From: Sediminibacterium sp. | GTDB lineage: Bacteria; Bacteroidota; Bacteroidia; Chitinophagales; Chitinophagaceae | DNA length: 64,000 nt | NCBI GenBank assembly: GCA_040403845.1 | Contig: JBBAJU010000010.1 | Span: 12,369-76,368, forward strand | Direction: 5' to 3' | Shown here: positions 28,398 through 36,990 of the stretch, piece by piece | How positions within the stretch are numbered: position 1 is the first letter of the stretch | Layout: each line of letters begins with the position of its first letter | The notes under the pieces: model-generated | Databases searched by the model: none | Told to the model about the DNA's origin: nothing | Seen by the model: only the letters and a program-made list of their open reading frames with translations | Program-made: the position numbers and the translations under genes

Positions 28398-30788
28398 ATG
28401 AAGAAAATTGCGGTGTTTTTAGTTGCATCTGTCTTTGCTTTAAGCAGTCAGGCGCAAAACATCATGAACAATCCCAGTTCCAACCACGGCAACAAGTTTG
28501 AGCAGTTAGGTACTATTTTACCTACGCCAAATGAATATAGAACTGCAAGTGGTGCACCGGGTCCTAAGTATTGGCAGCAAAGAGCTGACTATGTAATTAA
28601 AGCAGAGTTAGACGAAGCCAATCTTAAATTAAAGGGAACAGAAACAGTTACCTACTTTAATAACTCTCCTGATGTATTAACCTATTTGTGGTTGCAATTA
28701 GACGAGAATGAGCATAGCTCTAAGAATAATGCAAATTATCAAGATGCATCTGCTATGCCACGTCAATTAACAACAGCGGCATTAGACAATATGGCTGAAG
28801 CCAAAAAAGACAATGGGAATGGACATATTATTTCTTCTTTAACTGATGCTACTGGGAAAGCTTTAAAGTATACCATTAATCGTACTATGATGCGCATTGA
28901 TTTGCCAAGCCCTTTAAAGCCTGGCCAAAAATTCGTGTTCAATGTAGCTTGGAGTTATAAAGTAACCAACCGCATGACTGTTGGTGGTAGAGGTGGATAT
29001 GAAACCCTTGAAGATGGAAATAATTTATTTACCATGGCACAGTGGTTCCCTCGTTTATGTGTATACAGCGATTTTCAAGGATGGCAAAACCAGCAGTTTA
29101 CTGGCAGAGGAGAATTTGCATTAGCTTTTGGTAATTATGATGTAACCCTTACCGTTCCTGCTGATCATATTGTATTAAGTACGGGTGTTTGTCAGAACTA
29201 TGCACAGGTATTGAGCCCTGCTCAAATGGCTAGATGGAATCAAGCCCAAACTGCAAAAGAGCCTGTTGAAATTGCAACTTTAGCAGAAGCTAATAGCAAA
29301 GAGAATACAAAGAGCACACAGAAAAAAACATGGGTGTACAAGGCAGAAAATGTGCGTGATTTTGCTTGGACAACCAGTCGTAGATATATCTGGGATGCAA
29401 TGCCTGTATATGTAGAAGGTAAGAAGATCATGTGTATGAGTGGATATCCAAAAGAAGCTTATGGCTTATATAGAAAATATTCAACTAAAGTAGTAGCACA
29501 TACCATCAAATCTTATTCTAAATTCTCTATTCCTTATCCATATCCAGTGGCTCAAAGTATTGAAGCTTCTAATGGGATGGAATACCCAATGATTTGTTTT
29601 AACAATGGCAGAACCAATAAAGATGGTTCTTACAGTGAGCAAACTAAAGTGGGAATGATTGGCGTAATTGTTCACGAAGTAGGACATAATTTCTTCCCAA
29701 TGATTGTGAATAGCGACGAGCGTCAGTGGAGTTGGATGGATGAGGGTATTAATAGCTTTGTTCAATATTTAACCGAAGAATTGTTCGATAATAAATATCC
29801 TTCAAGAGGTGGTCCAGCATGGGGAATTGCAGGTTATATGCGCTTGCCTAAAGAGCAACTAGAGCCAATTATGACCAATAGCGAAAATATTATCCTTTTT
29901 GGACCTAATGCTTATACCAAGCCAGCAACAGGCTTAAATATACTTCGCGAAACCATCATGGGCCGTGATTTATTTGATTATGCTTTTAAAGAGTATGCAA
30001 GAAGATGGGCATTTAAACATCCAACCCCTGCAGACTTGTTCCGTACTATGGAAGATGCGAGTGCTGAAGATTTAGATTGGTTCTGGAGAGGTTGGTTCTA
30101 TGGCATTGATCCAGTTGATATAGCGATTGATACTGTTAAACATGCGGTAATGAATCCTGATGCAGTTCCTTCTGCTTCTCAAGGTCCTTCTCAAAGTATG
30201 TCATTAGCAAAGCCATTATTTAGTGGTGCTGCAGCGTTTGATGATATTTCTAAACAAAGAAATAGAAACGACAAAAGCATTGTTTTCCAAACTGATATAG
30301 ACACCAGTTTAAGAGATTTTTATTGGAGATATACGCGTGGTTTAGAGCCATATGATTCAACTGTTAAATTCTCATTCCCTGCTCCAACACCTCCAACTGC
30401 ATTAACCGAGGAAGAAAAAAACAAGTACAAAGATGTTAATTTGTATGAAGTTACTTTTTCTAATAAAGGGGGATTGGTGATGCCGATTATTGTAGAATTT
30501 ACTTTTGAAGACGGAACCACCGAAATGGAAAGAATTCCTGCACAAATTTGGAGAAAAAATGAGCAGAAAGTAACTAAGTTATTTATGACTACTAAAAAGG
30601 CTAAATCCATTAAGGTAGATCCAATGAGAGAAACAGCTGATATTAATGAAGGAAACAATAACTGGCCTAAAAACGGTGTAACACCTGAGCCTAGCAAGTT
30701 CAGCTTATTTAAGGGTGCTGCAGGTAGAGCTCGTGGCGCATCATTTGGAGTGAATCCAATGCAAAACGCAATGCAGAAAGCCAATTAG
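28398..30788 (+). CDS. M1 family metalloaminopeptidase, copy 1
   Basis: Signal peptide; GMEYP; HEVGH-X18-E; NAYTKP. Confidence 0.93.
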   Translation: MKKIAVFLVASVFALSSQAQNIMNNPSSNHGNKFEQLGTILPTPNEYRTASGAPGPKYWQQRADYVIKAELDEANLKLKGTETVTYFNNSPDVLTYLWLQLDENEHSSKNNANYQDASAMPRQLTTAALDNMAEAKKDNGNGHIISSLTDATGKALKYTINRTMMRIDLPSPLKPGQKFVFNVAWSYKVTNRMTVGGRGGYETLEDGNNLFTMAQWFPRLCVYSDFQGWQNQQFTGRGEFALAFGNYDVTLTVPADHIVLSTGVCQNYAQVLSPAQMARWNQAQTAKEPVEIATLAEANSKENTKSTQKKTWVYKAENVRDFAWTTSRRYIWDAMPVYVEGKKIMCMSGYPKEAYGLYRKYSTKVVAHTIKSYSKFSIPYPYPVAQSIEASNGMEYPMICFNNGRTNKDGSYSEQTKVGMIGVIVHEVGHNFFPMIVNSDERQWSWMDEGINSFVQYLTEELFDNKYPSRGGPAWGIAGYMRLPKEQLEPIMTNSENIILFGPNAYTKPATGLNILRETIMGRDLFDYAFKEYARRWAFKHPTPADLFRTMEDASAEDLDWFWRGWFYGIDPVDIAIDTVKHAVMNPDAVPSASQGPSQSMSLAKPLFSGAAAFDDISKQRNRNDKSIVFQTDIDTSLRDFYWRYTRGLEPYDSTVKFSFPAPTPPTALTEEEKNKYKDVNLYEVTFSNKGGLVMPIIVEFTFEDGTTEMERIPAQIWRKNEQKVTKLFMTTKKAKSIKVDPMRETADINEGNNNWPKNGVTPEPSKFSLFKGAAGRARGASFGVNPMQNAMQKAN

Positions 30789-30810
30789 TAATTGAATAAA
30801 TATATATATG

Positions 30811-30842
30811 AATGCCACCTGTTTAAATACGGGTGGCATTTT
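30811..30842 (+). terminator. Terminator between the M1 paralogs
   Basis: AATGCCACCTGT ttaaat ACGGGTGGCATT plus TT. Confidence 0.7.
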
Positions 30843-30883
30843 GTATTTTAGCTAACCTTATGATGCCGACAAAATAAACCATT

Positions 30884-33274
30884 ATGAAAAAAATTGTTTT
30901 CTTCCTTTTTGTATCAGTGATTGCCATGGTTGCACATGCGCAAAACATCATGAACAATCCAACATCCAATCATGGAAACAAATTTGAACAGCTAGGTACC
31001 ATTTTGCCTACTCCTAATGAATACAGAACTGCCAGTGGTGCACCAGGTCCTAAATACTGGCAACAAAGAGCAGATTATGTAATTAAAGCTGAATTGGACG
31101 AATCCAAACTTCAACTAAAAGGATCAGAAACCATTACTTATTATAATAATGCGCCTGATGTTTTAACTTATATATGGTTGCAGTTAGACGAGAATCAACA
31201 TAGTTCCGTTAATAATGCCAATTACCAAGATGCATCAACCCTTGAAAATGCAATTGCAACCAATCAATTGGAAAAGTTAGCAGCTGCAAAATCGGACAAT
31301 GGCTATGGTCATAAAATTGCAAAGTTGACAGATGCTTTGGGTAAACCATTGAAGTATATTATCAATAAAACAATGATGCGCATTGATTTGCCAGCTCCTC
31401 TTAAGCCTGGTCAAAAATTTATTTTCAATGTAGCATGGAGTTATAAAATTGCTGATAGAATGACTTTTGCAGGGAGAGGTGGTTATGAAATGTTAGAAGA
31501 CGGGAATCATTTATTCACCATGGCACAATGGTTCCCACGTTTATGTGTATACAGTGATTTTCAAGGATGGCAAAATCAACAGTTTTCTGGTAGAGGAGAA
31601 TTTGCACTCACTTTTGGAAACTACGATGTTACGTTGACTGTACCTTCTGATCATATCGTATTGAGCACAGGCGTTTGCCAAAATTATAGTCAGGTATTAA
31701 GTCCTGCTCAAATGACTCGCTGGAATCAGGCACAAACGGCAAAAGAACCCATTGAAATTGCTACTTTAGAAGAAGCCAATAAAAGAACTGAAGGCAAAGC
31801 AACCACTACCAAAACTTGGATATATAAGGCAGAGAATGTAAGAGATTTTGCTTGGACTTCTAGCCGAAGATATATTTGGGATGCAATGCCTGTTTACATT
31901 GAAGGTAAGAAAGTCATGTGCATGAGTGGCTATCCAAAAGAAGCCTATGGCTTATATCGTAAGTTTTCTACAAAAGCAGTTGCTCATACAATTAAAACTT
32001 ATTCTAAATTCTCTATCCCATATCCTTATCCAGTTGCACAAAGTATTGAAGCATCAAATGGAATGGAATATCCAATGATTTGCTTTAATAACGGAAGAAC
32101 CAATAAAGATGGCTCTTATGCAGAAGCAACTAAATATGGGATGATTGGAGTGATTATACATGAAGTAGGGCATAACTTTTTTCCTATGATTGTAAACAGT
32201 GATGAGCGTCAATGGAGTTGGATGGATGAAGGATTGAATACATTTGTTCAATTCTTAACGGAAGAAGAATGGGATAATAAATACCCTAGTAGAAGAGGCC
32301 CAGCTAGATTAATTACCGATTACATGCGTTTACCAAAGGATCAGTTAGAGCCAATCATGACCAATAGTGATAATATTATTCAGTTTGGCCCCAATGCATA
32401 TGCAAAGCCTGCAACTGGATTGAATATTTTGCGTGAGACCATCATGGGGCGCGAATTATTTGATTATGCATTTAAAGAGTATTCGAGAAGATGGGCTTTT
32501 AAACATCCAACTCCTGCAGATTTATTTAGAACAATGGAAGATGCCAGTGCAGAAGATTTAGATTGGTTTTGGAGAGGATGGTTTTACAGCATTGAACCTT
32601 GCGATATTGCTATTGAAAACGTAAAGCATGGCGTTGTGAATTCTGCTTCAAACACAGCCGCTGCTAGCAGTTCCAATCTGGTAATGCGTGGTTTAGATAA
32701 GCCGTTATTTAGTGGTGCTGCGGCTTTTGATGATATCTCTAAACAAAGAAATAGAAACGATAAAAGCATCATTTTTCAAACTGATGTAGATACCAGTTTA
32801 AGAGATTTTTATTGGAGGTATACCAGAGGATTAGAAGCCTATGATTCAACTTTTAAATTCCAAGTGCAAGCTAATGCACCGGCTGCACCATTATCATCAG
32901 AAGAATTGGCCAAATATCAAAATACCAATTTGTATGAAATCACATTCGCAAACATAGGTGGATTGGTAATGCCTTTAATTGTCGAATTTACTTTTGAAGA
33001 TGGAACCAAAGAAACAGAAAAAATACCTGCTCAAATTTGGAGAAAGAATGAAAATAAAGTCACTAAACTTTTCATGACTACCAAAAAAGCAGTGTCTATT
33101 CAACTAGATCCGTTGAAAGAAACCGCAGATATTAATGAATCGAATAATAAATGGCCCAATGGAACGATTTTAGAACCTTCTAAGTTCAATATATTCAAAG
33201 CAGGAGCGGGCAGAGGAAGAGGTCAATCTTCTGGTGTAAATCCAATGCAACACGCCATGCAAAAAGGACAATAA
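30884..33274 (+). CDS. M1 family metalloaminopeptidase, copy 2
   Basis: Signal peptide; GMEYP; HEVGH-X18-E; NAYAKP. Confidence 0.93.
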   Translation: MKKIVFFLFVSVIAMVAHAQNIMNNPTSNHGNKFEQLGTILPTPNEYRTASGAPGPKYWQQRADYVIKAELDESKLQLKGSETITYYNNAPDVLTYIWLQLDENQHSSVNNANYQDASTLENAIATNQLEKLAAAKSDNGYGHKIAKLTDALGKPLKYIINKTMMRIDLPAPLKPGQKFIFNVAWSYKIADRMTFAGRGGYEMLEDGNHLFTMAQWFPRLCVYSDFQGWQNQQFSGRGEFALTFGNYDVTLTVPSDHIVLSTGVCQNYSQVLSPAQMTRWNQAQTAKEPIEIATLEEANKRTEGKATTTKTWIYKAENVRDFAWTSSRRYIWDAMPVYIEGKKVMCMSGYPKEAYGLYRKFSTKAVAHTIKTYSKFSIPYPYPVAQSIEASNGMEYPMICFNNGRTNKDGSYAEATKYGMIGVIIHEVGHNFFPMIVNSDERQWSWMDEGLNTFVQFLTEEEWDNKYPSRRGPARLITDYMRLPKDQLEPIMTNSDNIIQFGPNAYAKPATGLNILRETIMGRELFDYAFKEYSRRWAFKHPTPADLFRTMEDASAEDLDWFWRGWFYSIEPCDIAIENVKHGVVNSASNTAAASSSNLVMRGLDKPLFSGAAAFDDISKQRNRNDKSIIFQTDVDTSLRDFYWRYTRGLEAYDSTFKFQVQANAPAAPLSSEELAKYQNTNLYEITFANIGGLVMPLIVEFTFEDGTKETEKIPAQIWRKNENKVTKLFMTTKKAVSIQLDPLKETADINESNNKWPNGTILEPSKFNIFKAGAGRGRGQSSGVNPMQHAMQKGQ

Positions 33275-33277
33275 AAG

Positions 33278-34075
33278 ATGAAGAAAGTTTGTTTGAGTAT
33301 GCTTATGGGATTGGTTTGTTTGGCACTTTCTGCAAAAACAGATACAATATCTGTTTATAGCAAAAGCATGAATAAACCTATTAAAGTAGTGGTGATTCAG
33401 CCTGATAAAATTGCTAAGGATAAGAAGTTGCCAGTAGTTTATTTGTTGCACGGGCATGGCGGTGATCATAAAGCTTGGTTGCAATCTGCTCCTCAATTAG
33501 AAGCCAAAGCGAATCAATTGAATATGTTACTGGTTATGCCAGATGGCAGTAGAAATAGCTGGTACATGAATAGCCCAATCAATCCTGCTGTACAATATGA
33601 ATCTTTTATGGTGAATGAATTGGTGCCATATATTGATTCTGCTTATGCTACTAATTTAAAAAGAGCCATCACAGGGTTGAGTATGGGCGGACATGGGGCT
33701 TTTTTTTTGTCGTTTAGAAACAAGGGTGTTTTTGGTGCCGCAGGAAGTATTTGTGGCGGCGTTGATATTCGTCCTTTTCCCAAGAACTGGGAACTCAATC
33801 AGTTGCTAGGAGAAATTACTGAACAGCCAGCCAACTGGGAAGCCAATACAGTAATTAATATTGCGGACAATCTTAAACCAGGTGATTTACAAATCATTTT
33901 TGATTGTGGATACGGTGATTTTTTTCTGGCAGTTAACAGGGCTTTGCATCAAAAATTATTGCAGAAAAAAATCCCACACGACTACACAGAAAGGCCAGGT
34001 GCGCATACATCTGCTTATTGGGGAAGTAGTATTGATGGACACCTTTTGTATTTTAGTAAATTTTTTAATGAATAA
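33278..34075 (+). CDS. Secreted alpha/beta-hydrolase esterase (PF00756-like), copy 1
   Basis: YLLHGHG, GLSMGG, DCG, PGAH. Confidence 0.88.
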   Translation: MKKVCLSMLMGLVCLALSAKTDTISVYSKSMNKPIKVVVIQPDKIAKDKKLPVVYLLHGHGGDHKAWLQSAPQLEAKANQLNMLLVMPDGSRNSWYMNSPINPAVQYESFMVNELVPYIDSAYATNLKRAITGLSMGGHGAFFLSFRNKGVFGAAGSICGGVDIRPFPKNWELNQLLGEITEQPANWEANTVINIADNLKPGDLQIIFDCGYGDFFLAVNRALHQKLLQKKIPHDYTERPGAHTSAYWGSSIDGHLLYFSKFFNE

Positions 34076-34084
34076 GGGTATAAA

Positions 34085-34912
34085 ATGAAATATTTGATTT
34101 TCGCATTTGTTGGATTAATATGTAGTGAGCTATCATTTGGAGCAAAAACAGATACCTTGGCAGTGCCTAGTTCTTCAATGAAGAAAACGATTCCTACTGT
34201 AATTGTTTTACCAGAAGGGTATCAATCGTCTAAAGAATTATACCCTGTAATTTATTTATTACATGGCGCAGGAGGTAACTATCGTAATTGGATTACCCGT
34301 GTGCCACATATTCAACAATTAGCGGATGATCATAAAGTGATTATTGTTTGCCCCGATGGGGCAGTTACAAGTTGGTATTTTGATAGCCCAATTGACAGTT
34401 CAATCCGCTATGAAACCTTTGTAGCAAAGGAGTTGCCTTCATATATAGACCAACAATATAAAACTATTCCAAACAGAAAAGGAAGAGTCATCACCGGATT
34501 GAGTATGGGAGGTCATGGTTCTTTGTTTCTAGGTTTTCGTCATTCCAATACTTTTAGTGGGGCGGGTAGTATGAGCGGAGCACTGCATGTAACTGTTATC
34601 AGGCAAGGTTATGGCGTAGAAAAAATATTGGGCGATACTGCTGTGAATAGAAATTATTGGAACGATTGGAGTGTATTGAATGCCATTGAAAAAAAGCCTA
34701 CTGATTCATTGGCCATTATCATCGATTGTGGAGTAGAAGATCGCGTATTGCCTATGAATAGGGCAGTTCACGAGAAAATGCAAAAGCTCAATATTGCACA
34801 TGAATATACCGAGCGACCAGGAAATCATGATTGGAAGTATTGGTCTAATGCAATTGATTATCAAGTACTATTTTTTAGTAAGCATTTTAAGCGACTACTA
34901 CAATCAAAATAG
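34085..34912 (+). CDS. Secreted alpha/beta-hydrolase esterase (PF00756-like), copy 2
   Basis: YLLHGAG, GLSMGG, DCG, PGNHDW. Confidence 0.88.
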   Translation: MKYLIFAFVGLICSELSFGAKTDTLAVPSSSMKKTIPTVIVLPEGYQSSKELYPVIYLLHGAGGNYRNWITRVPHIQQLADDHKVIIVCPDGAVTSWYFDSPIDSSIRYETFVAKELPSYIDQQYKTIPNRKGRVITGLSMGGHGSLFLGFRHSNTFSGAGSMSGALHVTVIRQGYGVEKILGDTAVNRNYWNDWSVLNAIEKKPTDSLAIIIDCGVEDRVLPMNRAVHEKMQKLNIAHEYTERPGNHDWKYWSNAIDYQVLFFSKHFKRLLQSK

Positions 34913-34936
34913 TATGGTAAAAGGTATTTGGTGAAA

Positions 34937-35857
34937 TCAATACCCTAGTAAACCTTTGAGTGCATCTATTCTAAATTGAATAATTGGGTTCATTTTAGCA
35001 GGATGACCTTGAAATAAATAGCCTAATGCTAATATTATTGAAGCGCCAAATTTAAAGAGGTACTCCATAATTTTAAAGTAATATGCGGATTGGCTGATTG
35101 ATTGTGTTCTCACTTTTTCACCCCTTCCAATTCCACTTGCAACCCGATACATATATTCGGGTGTCAGTTTTTTAGTTTCAACAATATGATCAACAATGAT
35201 TCCGGGGTGATAATATATCGTTTTTCCAAGGGCTTTTAATTTTAAGAAAAATTCCTTGCCCTCCCCCCCAATTCTTAGTGTTCCTTTTACGCCAGGTAAT
35301 GCAGTGTTAAATCCATTTACTAAATTAAAATCTTCCCTTTTAATAATCATATTTGATTCTAAAGGGTATTTATTAGGACTAAACACAGAAATTTCTTTAC
35401 TATAGTCAAAGTTCCCAACCAATGAGGATACAAAATGACTCATCCAGATAGGCTCTGAGGGAATATACTTTGGAATAATTCTCCCACCTAATCCGCCAGC
35501 ATCGGGATGGTTCTTAAAAAAATCAATAATTAATGATAGGTAATTCGAATGAGCAATAGCATCATCATCCATGAAACAAAGTAGGGGAGCTTTAGCAATT
35601 GCAGCTCCTGTATTTCTGGCAAAAGAAGCTCCTTGATTGGGTTCGTTTAAATAAATAAAATGTGCATCTCTATGCAACAATATAAAATCATTGCAAACTG
35701 CTTCTGTATCATCGGAAGAATTATTATTTACAACAATTACTTCAAAGCTATCCTTGTTGATGTTTTGATTGTATAAACTTTCTAATGCGTCCGGTAAATA
35801 GACTGCTCTATTATAAGTACAAATTACAACCGATATTTTAAGTTTACTTTGGTTCAT
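34937..35857 (-). CDS. GT2 glycosyltransferase
   Basis: SVVICTYNR, VVNNNSSD, ARNTG, FMDDDA. Confidence 0.92.
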   Translation of the reverse strand: MNQSKLKISVVICTYNRAVYLPDALESLYNQNINKDSFEVIVVNNNSSDDTEAVCNDFILLHRDAHFIYLNEPNQGASFARNTGAAIAKAPLLCFMDDDAIAHSNYLSLIIDFFKNHPDAGGLGGRIIPKYIPSEPIWMSHFVSSLVGNFDYSKEISVFSPNKYPLESNMIIKREDFNLVNGFNTALPGVKGTLRIGGEGKEFFLKLKALGKTIYYHPGIIVDHIVETKKLTPEYMYRVASGIGRGEKVRTQSISQSAYYFKIMEYLFKFGASIILALGYLFQGHPAKMNPIIQFRIDALKGLLGY

Positions 35858-36990
35858 TTAGGCAAATATAAAATGGATTCTCGAACTATATTAGCCCAGT
35901 TATATGCTTTATAAAATGCTATGGGTGTTTGCGGTATTTCAGTGACTGAAATTTGAATCATTGCTCTTGCAAATCCATCCCAATGGTAATCATCAATAAT
36001 GATGAGTTGTTTGTTTAGCATTGATTGATTTAAGCCATCACAGCTTTTTTTACAAGCAATTACCATTTGATTAGCGGCAATCGCATCTATTATTTTTGTT
36101 TTTACGCCTGCTCCTAAAGTAATTGGACTTATAAAACAATCTGTGCCTTGATTGTATAGCTGAATATTTTCTACAAATCCTTTATAGATGACGGTAGAAC
36201 AAGCCAACAGTTGTGTCTCCCAATTCGGTTTGATTTGTACCCCGCATATGAAAATTCTGTAATTGATTTTTGCTTGATTAAGTCTAGGTACCAGTTCATT
36301 TAATATAATATATAGTGCATCCTCATTGGGAATATAATCTAAGGTTCCATTGAATAAAAATAATTTTGTATTTGCTTGGAGGTTATGAAGGGCTAAAATT
36401 GTATTCCTACTTTCTATTTTTTCTAATTGTGTACAGGGTTCTTCTTTGGTAACACCATATTGAACTGTATATGAAATAGTTGGATTTGCATTCCAATGTT
36501 CAATTGCATATAATCGTTCTTCATCGGAGATGAAAAAATTTCTATCTGCTTTTTGATGCACCCACTTTTCATAAACCTCATAGATTTGCCACCACCATCT
36601 GCCCATATCTCTAAATCGAAAAGCTTCTAAATTAGCAGACTTAATAATCAGTTTTTTACCGGTTAGCCATCGAAGTAAAATACCTAGCCAACCAAAATAA
36701 CTATGATCAATAATGATGATATCAATTTTTTCTCTTTTGATAATTTGAACCAATTTAAAACAATAAAAGAGGTTAAAAATTCCATACCAATGATTAAATA
36801 AGAAAGGAAGCACGTTTAACTCCTTTTCGGTTAAAACGGCTTCCTTATTATTTTTTGAAACAGCTAAAACAACATTTGTTTGCTTGGCTAGTTCTCTATA
36901 ATAGTCAATAATATATTTTTGTCCTCCCATTAAAGCTGGGAACACTTTAAATGAAACAATTCCCAATACATTGGGTTTTTTTTGGTGCAT
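35854..36990 (-). CDS. GT4 glycosyltransferase
   Basis: GT-B features: FNGTLDYIPN, GAGVKTKIIDA. Confidence 0.82.
   Translation of the reverse strand: MHQKKPNVLGIVSFKVFPALMGGQKYIIDYYRELAKQTNVVLAVSKNNKEAVLTEKELNVLPFLFNHWYGIFNLFYCFKLVQIIKREKIDIIIIDHSYFGWLGILLRWLTGKKLIIKSANLEAFRFRDMGRWWWQIYEVYEKWVHQKADRNFFISDEERLYAIEHWNANPTISYTVQYGVTKEEPCTQLEKIESRNTILALHNLQANTKLFLFNGTLDYIPNEDALYIILNELVPRLNQAKINYRIFICGVQIKPNWETQLLACSTVIYKGFVENIQLYNQGTDCFISPITLGAGVKTKIIDAIAANQMVIACKKSCDGLNQSMLNKQLIIIDDYHWDGFARAMIQISVTEIPQTPIAFYKAYNWANIVRESILYLPK

Larger units (their letters stand above)
28398..33274 (+). repeat. Tandem duplication of a 2391-nt M1 peptidase gene
   Basis: Both ORFs are 796 aa with long identical peptide blocks and many synonymous differences. 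Confidence 0.9.
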
